64,000 bases of DNA from Eledone cirrhosa (GCA_964016885.1 OZ024741.1:146630001-146694000); one strand, 5' to 3'; shown: positions 37,960 to 51,650, counted from the first letter of the stretch. Notes: a model not told the origin generated them from the sequence alone. Numbers and translations: made by a program.

Positions 37960-40842
37960 GTAATTCAGTGAAGGCTTTGTTTTACCTGCTCAATATCAAA
38001 GCTTCTTTTTGTGAGTCCATAATACAGGATCCAAGATATTTAAAGTCATTGACTCATTTGATTAAAGAACCATTGAGAGATTTCATTTCAGTTGGTTGAG
38101 GTGTTTTACTTAGGAATTTTGTTTTGTACAGTCCAATTAAATTTGCTGCAATTTCCAATTATTGGAGAAAAGCTTCAGTGTCTTTGATGGTTTGAGAAAT
38201 GAGTGCAAGATTGTCTGCAAACCCCAAGTCAGTAAAATCTTGAGCCGTATATCAGCTGCTCTGTTGAGCTTCAGTCATTAATCCTTTCTATTATGTTATC
38301 ACAAGAAAGACATGACACATAATCTAAGAACAGAACGAGTGTTAGTATGTAACTTTGTAGAACACCTGCATTTATATAAAATGCTTCAGTTTCACCACCC
38401 GGGGATAGAACAGCAGCATTGTTGAGTTATAAGGGGGCTAAATTTTAACACCAATTTGTTTTGGAATGCATACAGAGGGAGAATTTCAAACATAAGGTCC
38501 CAAAAAATTAACAAAGCAGAGTGTCTTTTTTGTTGAACTTATTTCCTAAAAATTCCTTCTAGTTGATCTGTCCATTTGAAAACCATTTTGATTTTTGCAC
38601 AGTAATGTGCCCATATATGGTACAATACTGTTCAATAAAAGTTTATTGTAAATATTTGTAGCAATAGGAATGAGATTTATGCCATGGTAATTGATAGTTA
38701 GGGCATGATCACCCACCTTTAAGCCAGACAGATAGTGGATTGTGATTAAGAAAAATATCATAAAATATTGGATCCTTCCATAGAAAAGTAGAAATGTTAA
38801 CAAGGCCAGGAGACTTATTATTTGGGAAGGATTTGACAGTTACTTTGATCTCATCAACAGTAAAAGGATCAGTATTTATGTTAAGGATATCTGAGATTTG
38901 TATTTTAGGCAGTAGTAAGCTATTGGTTTTTGCTGGTTATCATAGAAGTTTCTTGAAATGTAAGAACCAATTTGGTTTTCTCTCATCTAGTGATCCCCCT
39001 TTCATGCTAATAGACAGCTTTACTTTTGTTCCAGTTATTTGTTGATAGTTTTCCAAGATGCAGTGTGTGGATTACCCATGTGTAAGTGCAGACCTTGTTG
39101 ATGTCACCTTCAGTAATGGTATAAGCCTTATCAGGTTTATGCTGAGTATTTAAAACAATTTTAAATGAATTTCTTAATCTATTTCCTTTGTAATATTGTT
39201 TAGCATCATGAAGTTCTGTTCTTGCATTTGATAGAAGCTGATGCACATCAGGGTGGAACTTTTGTGTTTTCTTTTTCTTTCTTTTTTTTAACAAGGTGCA
39301 AAATGTTATTTTCTCTGTTTACACTATTAATTTATTGAAGTAAGTGTCTGTATCATCAGGGTTGTTTGCTACTGTGTCATAATGGTTCTTGACAACAATG
39401 GCAAACTTCTGTCTGTTTGTGTTAGTTGAGAATGCTGCCCAGTCTATTTCTTTAATGAGGGTTGCTTTGAACATTGACGACTAAATTTAGTGTGAAAAGA
39501 GACCATTCTGTTGTCAGAGCCAACAGAACCAAACGATGAGAAGGACTTGGCATTATGCTCACTGTTTTTATTTTTTTCCAAATGAGAATGTAATCAGTTT
39601 GTGAACAGTATCCAGCTAGGTGCTGATGGGTCTGAATTTAGTTGTTTCATGAAATTGGTGATAGTGATGAATAGACTGAACTCTTTACAGAAGTTGATCA
39701 GCTTCTTTATGTTTCTGATTATTTTATGTATTATATGAAAATGATACATCCACAAGTTGCAGTTGGGTATTAAAATCTCCAGAAATTACTAGAATGTTGT
39801 GAGCTGGCATACATTCAGTGATCCCTTTCAAATCAGAATAAAAGTCGTCAACATGCTTTTCAACATTAGTATTTGTTGGGTAGTAGCAAGCAATGAAGGT
39901 TGTTTGACAGTTGCTATTCAGTTCAGCAATGATGATTTGATTAGATATTTTCTTGATTGAGAGGAGATTGATGGATGCATTAGGAGACAGTAAAATAACA
40001 TCTCCACCCATTGTGGAGTCTTGTGTGATTTAAATGGCAGATGCAGTGACTAGTTGATAATTACCAAGATTGCTATCATTGAGAACAGAGTCAGGGTGAT
40101 AATGCCTGTGCTGTTGTATGCTCAAAATATTTATTTTATTTTTCATAGTGTAGTGTAGAAGTTCTTGTCTGCAAGACTTTGATAAAGTTGAAAGTACAAT
40201 ATATGGTTTGTTTCTTGCACTTCATGAAGTTTGAAAAGATGTGTGTTGTTCCTTCATTTCTTCCATCATGTTTTCCTTGCTCAGCTGAGTTTAGAGGAAG
40301 CTGTTCATAAGTTTCAAGGGAAACAAGATTCAAATCAGGAACTAGAGATGCAGGGGCTAGAAACCTGGTACTGTTTAGAGATGTCATGATTGTTCGTTTG
40401 ACAGCTATTCCACAATGAGTTTTGCCAGGCCTGCATCTGAGTGTTTAATTTGAGTCACTTCCTCTGGTTAGATTAACTCCCAAGGTTAAAGATCTCTAAC
40501 CAGAATGAGGCAGGTTATTCTGCAGCAATAACCACTCTCGAAAATATACCCTCATGTAATTTTTTTGTATTGCCAGCACTAGACTAGTTACAAGTCAATG
40601 TTAATGGACCTAAACTTTCCATACTTTTAATTTGTCCAATTTTTTTGTACATACACACTCACACATACAGTCACAGTCTCACACACATTATTGGATGACT
40701 ATTGATTCTCATGAGTTCCTCTTCCATTTGATGGGTTTTATTTTTAATCCTACAGGATGTCCAAAATCAAGCAAGTATTTTCACCGATGCAACAGGTTGT
40801 ACTGGATTACATGTTATGAGTAGCACCCAAGAGTGGCCCGAT
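37960..40842 (-). mobile_element. Decayed RTE-group LINE, family 3 (5' UTR, APE and RT)
   Basis: APE remnant (IIIAELNSN...ACYYPTN...LVISGDFN, 39724-40011); RT remnants (NYHGINLIPIATNIYNKLLLN...QNGF; GFADNLALIS); 5' end shared with the 50184 and 54537 elements. Confidence 0.8.
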
Positions 40843-40881
40843 ACAAATGTTAGAAGCTCCTGAGATTTATGAATAGATTAA

Positions 40882-41128
40882 CCCTTTTGTTGCCATATTC
40901 CCAATTAAACACAGTCTATGTATTTTCTATAATTTTAATTTTAATCAAGAATTTGGAACGATTTAGAAAAATAACTGGCCTTTTCATGTTTAAACTAGTG
41001 CTTAGCATATTAGCATATAATAAAAAGATTTTACATAACATTATGAAGGAAGGTTTAAATTTAAGTATGAACACATTTGTATCATTACAGATTCAGGGAC
41101 AGTTTCAGACAGTTTTGTATCAAAAGGG
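40882..41128. mobile_element. piggyBac-type MITE
   Basis: TTAA|CCCTTTTG...CAAAAGGG|CTAA. Confidence 0.62.
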
Positions 41129-42094
41129 CTAAATGTTAATTAGCCATAAACGTAGATTTTATATAACCCTTTTCCAAAATTATGACCTATAGACAAGGTC
41201 ATTAGTCACAAGATGGTTGTAATCATTGATAGCTTCAAACTTAGCTAATTCAGTCAACCTGAACTACAAAATTATTTAACAAAATCTCATGTCCTACATT
41301 ATATATATTATACAGAAATTTTCTAACAGAAATTACAGTATTTGAATAAAATGAAAATTGGAATATATCCAACAAATAAAATAATTCCTCACATGCTTAT
41401 TCACTGAATAAACTTGTATTATTCTATAAATTTCTACTCATTACAAAATAGTTCTCATCATGATATTGAGATTTTCATTCTGGAGTAGATACTATGCATA
41501 TGGTTTTATCATCATATTTTTATGGCTTCAGAAATTTGTGCTCAAAGGAAGTTAAAAATATGGTAATTAGTCTTAAGAATATTGTGATTCAATAATTTCT
41601 ATTCTTCATGATTTGGTATTGTTGAATTATTAAATAATAGAGAAGCATAAGATATAAAGGAATTCTTTTGTATGCTGTCCATGACCTGTATACTTACACA
41701 GGCATATTTTAACACATATTAACATCTCCACACACATAAATGCAAGCATACATGTATATATACACAAATATTTGTACATATACAACTATTTACACATATA
41801 CATGCATATACACAATTATTCATACATATGCACACATATATGCATATATATAAATATTCATACATATACAGATAGTGTTACTTCCACATAAACGTTGCAG
41901 TTAGCAATAGCATAGATGATATATAATTTCCCATCTGCAATTCTATCACAAAAGTTGTAGAATCTGCTATTATCATTCCACACATCTCATTAAAATGAAA
42001 GAATTCTAGACTAGATAAATGGAGGTAAGTGAATAGCTGTAGGGTTGATAGTTCATATCTTGTCAGTACATTTGACCAAGACATGTGCAATGTG

Positions 42095-42522
42095 TAATAT
42101 TGCATAGTAGTGAGATATGGACGGTGAAGGTTCAAGACATGTGAAGGCTGGAGAGAAATGAAGTGAGCATGTTTTGATGGATGTGTAAAGTTATTGAATG
42201 TGAACAGTGAAGTATGGATAAGCTGAAAGAAAAACTATGTATAAAAGGAATCAGTACAAGAGAATGACTGCACTGGTATGGACATGTGATGAGTATGGAT
42301 GATGACTGCTTAGGGAAGAAAGGCCAAGAAATTTCAGTGCAAGGAAACTGCAATAGAGGAAAACCAAGGAAGATCTGGATGGAGGAGGAGTGAGCTGATT
42401 TCACTTCACTAGAGCTCAGAGAGAAAATGAAGAACTGCAATAAGTGAATGAGTGCTGTGCTGGTAATGACATGCCCAACCATGCAAGCATGAAAAAATAG
42501 ATAGAAAATGATGATGATGATA
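42095..42522 (+). mobile_element. Old RTE family 1-related 3' fragment
   Basis: Broken peptide RLERNEVSMF.WMC...LHWYGHVMSMDDD...GKPRKIW, with a (TGA)n tail. Confidence 0.75.
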
Positions 42523-43339
42523 ATCTATAAGTTCACCTAATTCTGAAAATATAATACAAAGAAGCATAGTTCACTGTTGAGTGTCTCCATTAAATTTTTC
42601 AGTGCCGAGTTGAATTCCTGTTATAGACAGTGGTATTAGCTTCAGGTGAGTGCCAAAATTCAACAAATCTGAGTTACCTGTAAATACTATCATTTTATTA
42701 GGAAAAATTGAACACTCAATCCTATTTAGCATCAATATCATCATTTTATGTTATTTTTTTCACGTTGGAATCCAGGGCAAGGTATGGTCAGATAACATCA
42801 TCTTGCTTATATGTTCCATATTTTAGTATGAGTTCTGCAGCTAGATACCTTTCCTAATGCTGACCACTTTAGTTAGTGTACTGGATTCATTTTATTGTGG
42901 CATCATGGATCGAATCTGAAACATTATGATTGCAAAGCAAACTTTTTAACCATTCAACCACAGTGTTTCTATACACTTTGTAAACTCTTTAATGTAAATA
43001 TAAAAATTCTGTACACTTAATATTATTCTGAGAGATATTCAACATTACAAAGTATATGAGAAAATAGGCCATTTGAATAATGGGTGAAGTCCATCCGATG
43101 GGCTTCTAAACTGCTTCTACCTACCAAATTTCATTAACCTTTGGATTATGTATCACAAATGATTTGCCCAAGATGAGATTGCACCTGGAACCTTATGGTT
43201 GCTAAGCAAATTTCTAAAACATTAGGCCAGACACCTTGTTTGTGCACTTTATCAACTCTTTAACACAAGAAAAAATACTATGAGACTAAAATGGTTTCCC
43301 CAAACAGTATGTGTGACTCTTGGTAATTATCAACTCTGA

Positions 43340-43650
43340 AGGCATAAGATTTAATGGTTAGGGCGTTCCACTCATGGTCATAAGGTTGTGAGTTCAATTC
43401 CTGGACCAGACAGCAAGTTGTGTCTTTGAGTAAGACAATTTAACATTGCTCCAGTCTACTCTACTGGCAAAATGAGTTGTAGCTGTAATTCAAGAGGCCA
43501 GCCTTGTCACACATTGTGTCACACTGAACCTCCCTGTTAAGATGTACATATCTGTGGAGTGCTCCACCACTTACACAGTAATTTCATGAGAAAGCAGTTC
43601 TATTGACTGAAGCAACAGGAACACTTGTCATCAGAATTGACGGAAGACCA
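43340..43650 (+). mobile_element. Older tRNA-CORE SINE, third body type (related copies near 47795-48090, 37000-37240 and 25340-25540)
   Basis: A/B-box remnants, CORE remnant, and recurring body CCTTGTCACAC...CTGAA..TCCCTG. Confidence 0.6.
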
Positions 43651-44531
43651 ATAACAACTGACAGTAGTAAGATAGAAAATAAAGATATAAATAAAGTATA
43701 TTCCAATTCTATAAAGTCAATCACAACACAGAACACAGTCTCAAGTGGCAAATCCAATTTTGATAGATTCTTTATAGATGAGAGAAAAGTGTCTATGTAT
43801 GTCTGTGCATATGTATATGTTTCTGTTGTGTCTAATATTAGAATATATATACATTTGTAGATGTGTGTATATGTGTTAGACTTACCTACTGTATATGTAT
43901 GTTCAAAAGGACATATGTCAATGAATTTGACTATTTTTATGCAAATGTGTTAATATGAATGCATATATATTGCAAGCATGGAAAATAGATTTTAAACGAT
44001 ATACATATATATGACTAGATACATATGTAGATAAACACACACATTCTCATTTAATCTTTTACTAGTTTTAGTTATTAGAATGCAGCCAATGCATTCATAT
44101 GTATATATGAATATATTTATGCATATATCCTCATAATCGTCAGCACCAAAGTTTTACGTCTGTTTTTCTATGCTGGCATAAGCTGCAGCATTGTGATTTG
44201 ATCTCTAAACATTATGATGTACACACTGTATTGGGATTTCTACCTTGCATTTTATATTTAGTGCTTATGTTTGGTACTTGGCTTTATGTAGCAGGAACTT
44301 TATTTTCCATCCTGTATTATTAAATTATAGTGCCCTATATTGAAATGAAATGAAATAAAATTGACAGCATATACTAATGCAGGTTTAGCTGGTCTCAATT
44401 AATATTGTATTTCATAGGCATCTTGGGTGTGTTAATGATTGAAGAATAAAGTGACTCAAGCTTGGTCTTGATAAAATATATTAATCTCCACTATGTTATT
44501 GAGTACTCATTCTCACAGTTGTCATTCCTAA

Positions 44532-44561
<30 letters not shown>

Positions 44562-44565
<4 letters not shown>

Positions 44566-44905
44566 TCATCATCATCATCATTTTACGTCCGCTTTTCCCT
44601 GCTTGCAAGGGTGGGACGGGAACTGATTCTGGCTTGATTTCTACAGCTGGATGCCCTTCCTAACACCAACCTCATTTACAGTGAGTGCTGGGTGCTTTTG
44701 TTTGCCGTGGCATCTCCACGACCACTTTGCAGTGGAATGATAGGGACCCCAGTCCCTATCATCTCATTTCTACAGCTGAGTAAACTGGAGCAATGTGAAA
44801 TAAAGTGCCTTGCTCAAGGAAACAACACATCACCCGGTCTGAGAATTGAACTCACAACCTTTCGATTGCAAGGGCAATGCTCTAACCACTAAGCCATATG
44901 CCTCC
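44562..44905 (-). mobile_element. Full-length SINE family A inside (TA)n
   Basis: Near-identical reverse complement of 34754-35093; (TA)n on both sides. Confidence 0.92.
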
Positions 44906-44925
44906 ACTATATATATATATATATA

Positions 44926-45026
44926 CAGTTAAAATTCCATTATAACAAATACCATTATAATGAATTTTTCATTACAACAAATTATTTTTTATTCTTCGTG
45001 AATTTCGTTATAACAGAATTTCACTG
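44926..45026. mobile_element. pogo/Tigger-like MITE
   Basis: TA|CAGT...ACTG|TA with imperfect TIRs of about 25 bp. Confidence 0.6.
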
Positions 45027-47232
45027 TATATATACACTGTGTGTATCCTGTTTAGAATGGGTACACTGTATCCTTGGGTGTTGTAAAAAGTGACAAAATG
45101 TGTTCATGTCAGAGAAGTTATTCGGCTGTAAAAACATTGCCTCAAAACGTCTTTTCCAACCCATGCCAGCATGAAAATGTTTATTTAAAAACGATAATGG
45201 TGATATATATCAGTTTGTGTAAATATAAAGGTCTCTATATAAAGATATATGCATATTTGATGGAGTGGTTTGTGTATACGTATTTTACCAGTCATGTTCT
45301 TCAAAACGGTAGTGAAAATTTATATCAGATTATTTTTCAAAGATAAGCCACAACGAACGGATAGAATGTAAAACCATTTTTCTTTTACTTCTGAGCAGCA
45401 GAAGAGTTCAGAATAGATTGAAGAGAATATTGAAGGAAACTACGACAACAATGGCATCAACAAATAAAAGAAGAAAGAAAAACAAGAATACAAGAAATGT
45501 ACACTCTTTCTGAAGCCAATTCAATTAGGTATAAGCAAAGGTATATTCAGAAAGCTTCCAGCATTTAAAAACCAATGGAGAGCTTTTGCAAGAAAATAAA
45601 GTGAATTCCTACGTTTAAAAATCAACGGGGCACTTTAAAAGCTGGAAATCTTAGTGAATTTCTTTTATCAAATATTTTGTGTACGTGTGTGTGCATATAT
45701 ATTATATACCATATTTTTTTCTTTATTGTTTATCTTGAAAGGCAATGACAGAAATATAAATGCATAGCATTCTTAAAGCTAAATCCAGGATTAATATTCA
45801 TTCTGTGTGCATTCTCCATCCACGCACCTAGCAAAAAAAACAATTTTGATTCTGAAGAAGTTAATGAGTTGTGCAGTTTATGGAATTCACTTAACCCTTT
45901 ATTGCCATATTTATAATAAAATATATTGTATTTAGATGGATTTACTAAAAGGATTATTTCATTGGTAGAATATTATTTGTAGTATAATTAAAGATTCTTA
46001 TATGAAATTATGTTACATTTTAAATTAAAGGGGAAACCTTTTAAATGAGTAGTTTCATTCTGCAGAACCAGAAGCGATATTGATGTCACAGTGTGGTCTA
46101 GTAATTAGAATGGCTCTTCCAGCGTGTCTCCCTCACCATCCATCACTATTCTGTCCGCTAAGGCTGCAGGGCAGCCATTCCACTGGGGCCGCCAAGTAGC
46201 TGGCATGTGGGCATCCATTTGCTCATAATAGTGAGATGGGGAGAGCAGGAGAGACAGAGGCAGTGACATTGGGAGTTTAATTCCTTTGTGTTCAGAACTG
46301 GTGTATATGTTTCACAGACACACACTCACACTGATGGTATTAGACCTTATAGGCAACCATGACAATTGTCTACATGAAGTAAGTGAATGGAAAGAATGGA
46401 TCTTGAATAAACCCACATAATGAAAATGTGTATATAAATCTCATCAATACTGAAATTTTATTCAACGATGTATATATCACCATCACTTTATGTCTGCTTT
46501 CTATGCTTGCATAAATCGAATTGGTTGTCATAGTCCACGATTAGATAGTTCAAGAGGACTTCCCACATTTTTCTCAAATATTCTATTAATGTCATGATGA
46601 CCTTCCTAATGCCAACTACTTTACAGAGTGTACTAGGTGCATTTTATCATGGTACCATCACTACCACTTTACAGAATGTACTGCTGCACTGATTTAGACT
46701 TGATGTGTGTGTATATATTTTTCTAATAACCAACTTTTCACTAACTTATTAATTTGTGTTTGAGATACGTTGGCTGAGTGCTTATAGCGGGAGCAGAACT
46801 ATTTGAATTTCGTCTCCTGCCATCACATAAATCTCAGAACTGGAAGCCAATTGGTGGACAGCATTGTGATGATGCGGAGAGATTTCAGTTGCTAATGTTA
46901 TACTGTGTTGACTAGCACAGACAGTCCTAGCCGACACGGAGTGGAATCAAATTCTGTCAATCGATTGGTTATTGATTAGGTGAAATCCGCTGATGAAGCC
47001 ACATGCGCTGATTGTACATTGTTGCATAATATATGCGGACAGTGCGCGGTGTGCACCTGCCTTAAGTGTGGCCAAAACTCAAGTACGAGAATAATTGAAG
47101 GTACTCATTTACGTGCATTGTATTGAAGCAAATAAGTATGTGTCTAGTCTGGGAGTTTATTTAACATTACCTATTGAGTACACTGAGATGCAACCAGTGC
47201 TAGCAGTGAAACCCATGCTGGTTCCGTCAACT

Positions 47233-47284
<52 letters not shown>

Positions 47285-48182
47285 TTTCTTGTTACTATAT
47301 ATCATTTCTTGTTTCTGTTCCTCTATACACTAAATAAATAAACACTATGGTGTACAGCCTAATGGTTAGAATGGTAGGCTTACAACTATAAGGTCATGAA
47401 AAAATTGAACACTAGCAGCAGCAGCTGGGAATTAACTATGTGATGGAATAGCATCCCATTGAATGGATGAGTCATATACTCTTAATTACTTGACCCTTTG
47501 TCCCTTATTTCTGATGAAATACTTTGTATTTTAATTAATTAACAAAGAATTTGAGAAGGATTTACTAAAATTATAATTTCATTAAAATGGTATTTATAAC
47601 ATAGCAAAATTTTCCTATATAAAATTATGCTGGATTGTTTTGTTTCATAGAAAGTGAGGGAGTTTAGGGTGGGTTGATGACAGAATGATTAATGCCAATA
47701 AACCAAGATAACTCCTGATGCGATGAACTTCTGTGTTTAGGACAGACTTTATGATGCATTGAGTACTTTTTTTAAGTACATATATGTGCATAGGTGAAGT
47801 CAAGTTGCATAATGGTTTGAGTATTCATTTCTTGATTGTAAAGTCATGAGTTTGATTACAGGCAACATGTTTTGTCTTTTGACACATCATTTCAGATTGC
47901 TCCAATTCACTAAGATGCTAAAAAGGAATTGTACCCTGTAATTCACACCTTGTTTCACACTGAATCTCCATAAGAACTACATTAAAAGGTGCATATGTCA
48001 ATGGAATGCTCAGCTACATGCATGTTAATTTCATAAGCATGCTATACAATCGATCAAACCACTATATTTGTCATTAGAATTGCTGAAGGTCTAAGAGACA
48101 TGACATATATACATATCATGTTTTTGTGTGTGAGACAGAGATAAACTTATACAATTATTGACCATTAGATTGGAAGATTTAA

Positions 48183-48409
48183 CCCTTTCATTACTGTATA
48201 ATGAAATACACTGCCAATGTATTTCAATTAACTTTTTAAATAACCAAAAACTTTGACAAATTTATTGTAATTATAAGTTTCTCATAAGAGAAAAAATTCT
48301 AAAATAAAATTATGTTGGAGGAATATAATATACAAATAAAAATAATTTTAAATAAGCAGTTTTGTATCATAAATCCAGTGCAATTTCAGATGGTTTGGAA
48401 TCAAAAGGG
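48183..48409. mobile_element. piggyBac-type MITE (TTAA|CCCTTT...AAAGGG|TTAA)
   Basis: TTAA on both sides with CCCTTT/AAAGGG ends; partial relatives near 9685, 10797, 32400-32520, 33780-33904, 36863, 45891 and 47490. Confidence 0.7.
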
Positions 48410-48983
48410 TTAACACTGCCACAGATATGTGCTTTCATTTTCTTGTATAAAGCAGATTAATCTCTTTACTTCAGAGTAGATTTTGTAAAAATGATATAAC
48501 TCTTATAAAATTTATAAAACGCAATCACAGAGTATTTATTCAAAGAAACCATGTAGTTTCCCAATCAATATAACTACCCCTCAATAGAATTGTTATTGCT
48601 GAAAGATTGTTACAAAGGAAACTATATGAAATATATCAATACAAATAAAATGCAAAGTTTTATATGAAAAGAATTATTTGCACGCATGCACATACATCTA
48701 TATACATATACATGTATAGATACACACACTACACACAGGCATACATAAATACATATGTACATACATATATATATACATACACATACATACAGACACAATT
48801 ATGTATGTGTAAATACACATATGTATATATATATATCATCATCATTGTTTTCACATCTATTTTTCCATGCTTGCATGGGTTTGATTGGTCCTTTTCAGTA
48901 CTGCTTCTCTCCACTCACTGCATTTCTTTGTCAACTACTCTGTGATTTGAGATCAGAATTCACCACCTACATATATATATATG

Positions 48984-49428
48984 CCAATAGAAGCCTTGGA
49001 GTGGGGAGACCTGAGATGAGGTGATAAAAGCTGACCTGGCCCAATTGCACCTCTCAAAGGTGATGACATGGGATCAAGACCTCTGGCATTACACAGTAAT
49101 ACAGAAGACCACACTTCCCATGAGTACAAGCTGAAGCTGAAGCATATAGACAGTATGCCCTGATGCCCTTCCCACTGTAAAGTGGTCGTGTAGGTGTCAC
49201 AACAAAAATACACCCAGTCAACACTGTAAAGTCGTCATGTTGGCGCCATGGTAAAAAAACACACTGTAAATGAAGTTGGTGTTAGGAAGGGCATCTAGCT
49301 GTAGAAATCAAGCCACAATCAGTTCCTCTATGAGCAAAAGATGGTCACCTGACCTGGAATTGCCACAACAGAACAACCTGTCTAACCCATACTAGCGTGG
49401 AAGAATGGACGTAAAACGGTGATGATGA

Positions 49429-49431
<3 letters not shown>
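48984..49431 (+). mobile_element. 3' fragment of RTE family 1
   Basis: Collinear with the reverse complement of 60180-60645. Confidence 0.85.
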
Positions 49432-49485
<54 letters not shown>

Positions 49486-49504
49486 ATATATTATATATAT
49501 ATAT

Positions 49505-49569
<65 letters not shown>

Positions 49570-49577
49570 TAAATATG

Positions 49578-50184
49578 GTGGCTGCCAACACGTTTTCGAG
49601 TACGGCCACTACTTTATATCCATGTAGGAGAACCCCTACCGATGCGCTGAACGAGTGTGACTTTTTAGTCCAGCCAGCGACTTGAAAATTCTGGCACAAA
49701 CACTACACTTGTGACAATTATTGACACATAGTGCTGGGCTCATGGTACCATGTGATGACAAGTGCAGAGAGATCTCCAGATATAAAGCAATGCCTGTGCC
49801 GTGAAGCTTTTATAGTGAGCAAAGGCACTGCACAAAGCCAGTCCCAGTCTCTTAACCAAGATGATATTTACCAAAAAGAAGAACAAGTCAACATCATTGG
49901 ATACCGTCAGGATTGCAGGTGTTATATCAGAGTTTTCCTTCTCCTAGAATTCTGCCTTGACAAAGGCTAAGGGGTCATCTCTCCTGGTGATTTTGGATGG
50001 CAATTGACTCTTAAGAGCTCCTTTGCCCTTTGACAGGTTTTGTTTTTAGTCCTGCAGGATGTCCAAAGTCACCCTCCTCACCAAGAAACCTTGGTGGGGT
50101 TGCCAGTTTAGTCGCCAACGACCCGACCATGAGACAGGTTGTACTGGGATACATGTTACCAGTAGCACCAACTGGTGACCTGAC
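49578..50184 (-). mobile_element. Non-autonomous element carrying a family 3-type RTE 5' UTR
   Basis: About 600 bp, non-coding, inside (TA)n; right end homologous to 40700-40842 and body homologous to 54008-54537. Confidence 0.7.
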
Positions 50185-50209
50185 ATATATATATATATAA
50201 GTACATATA

Positions 50210-50241
<32 letters not shown>

Positions 50242-50429
50242 CATACATATATATATATATGTATATATGTATATATATATGAATTAGTTTTGCGAGGTTT
50301 TTGATATGAAATTGTGTGTCGAAACAAATATTGTTATACTTGGGGAGAAATAGAACTTAGAAAGCCAAAGCTAAACAGAAATGGAATAACAACACCACCC
50401 AAACAAACAATACTGACCTAAGATAAGTA

Positions 50430-50468
<39 letters not shown>

Positions 50469-50528
50469 ACAGATTAAATAAAGATGGCGTAGACATACAA
50501 TACAACAGGAGGAAACATAATAACACCA

Positions 50529-50568
50529 CTGACGATGTTGCAGATGTGCAACGAAAGAACTTTGTTAG
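50529..50568 (+). ncRNA. Hammerhead core, stems I and III degenerate
   Basis: CTGACGA-t-GTTGCA-gatg-TGCAAC-GAAA. Confidence 0.45.
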
Positions 50569-50957
50569 ACTATATATATGTGTTTGTGTCTATATTATAT
50601 CTGTATTTTTTACCGTTGGTCAGTAACAATGGTAACATTGAGGACCGAATAAATTAAATTAACTGATATAAAAGATACAGAAGCGAAAACCAACCAAACA
50701 GTGAATGTGTTCTGTTATTAATTCTGGCAATATTATTACACAAATATGACCCTCCCCAAGTATAACAATATATATATATATGTATATATATATGTATATA
50801 TATATACATACATATATATATATACATACATATATATATATACATACATATCATGGCACTTCTTTACCCAGCGGTCATACACACATATATATACATATAT
50901 ACATACATGCATATATGTGTGTACATACATATATATATATACAAAATATAAAACAAT

Positions 50958-51010
<53 letters not shown>

Positions 51011-51086
51011 ATATATATATATACATTTGAAAAAAGGAAAAGAATGACTTCACTTGTAGTTGGTATTCTATAACAATTTAATTTTA

Positions 51087-51136
51087 TAATTTTACAATTG
51101 TGCTATTTAGATCTAAATAGCACAATTGTAAAATTA
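51087..51136. repeat. Perfect 50-bp spacerless palindrome
   Basis: TAATTTTACAATTGTGCTATTTAGA|TCTAAATAGCACAATTGTAAAATTA. Confidence 0.95.
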
Positions 51137-51299
51137 AGTCTTTTGTTCACTTCGGTGGAAAGTTTTTTGAAAATCTGGTTAACTTTCTGGAAAACTTTCT
51201 CATGTTTTTCAGTGGTAATTGTCAAATTAAAGTCATATTTTGTTGGTGTATATACAGCATAAAGAACTGGGATGTGTGTCTGGGGAAGTGTTAATGAGG

Positions 51300-51650
51300 T
51301 GTAAAGTACATTTTGATGAAAATAAAATAAGAACAAAGAGAAAAATCAAGATGATTGATTGAGAGTGGTGTTGGGAGGTGTTGGGGGTGAGGGAGACATT
51401 GTGATGGTCAGATTTACATAAATGGCTTTTGGTGAAGAAGTAAGATAAGAATCAAAATATAAAACAAAGTTAATGAATGTTTAATTTTTTTGTTGAGAGA
51501 GCAGTATGTTTTTGATCTTGTTGGTTTGGAAGGGGTTGTAAAAATGTCATACAGATTAGATTTCCCTATGTGGCCTTGGTGAAGGAATATATTTTGACTT
51601 TTATCTCATCCTTTACCAAAAGTTATGGTATAATTTCTAAGGAGAACATA
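51300..51650 (-). mobile_element. Inverted partial copy of a Penelope-like C-terminus and 3' region
   Basis: The minus strand gives NLC/..LLNKK-like remnants and a pyrimidine-rich trailer mirroring 52400-52750; an inverted partial copy is a typical PLE arrangement. Confidence 0.5.

Noticed and set aside
45433-45570. Possible coiled-coil exon (RKLRQQWHQQIKEERK...)
   Set aside because: Short, purine-rich and bounded by stops, with no convincing splice acceptor.
50040-50150. Twister or HDV-like ribozyme assignment
   Set aside because: It ends in GAGGAGGG like some twister motifs, but I could not place the required conserved core of either class; reported only as an unclassified structured RNA.
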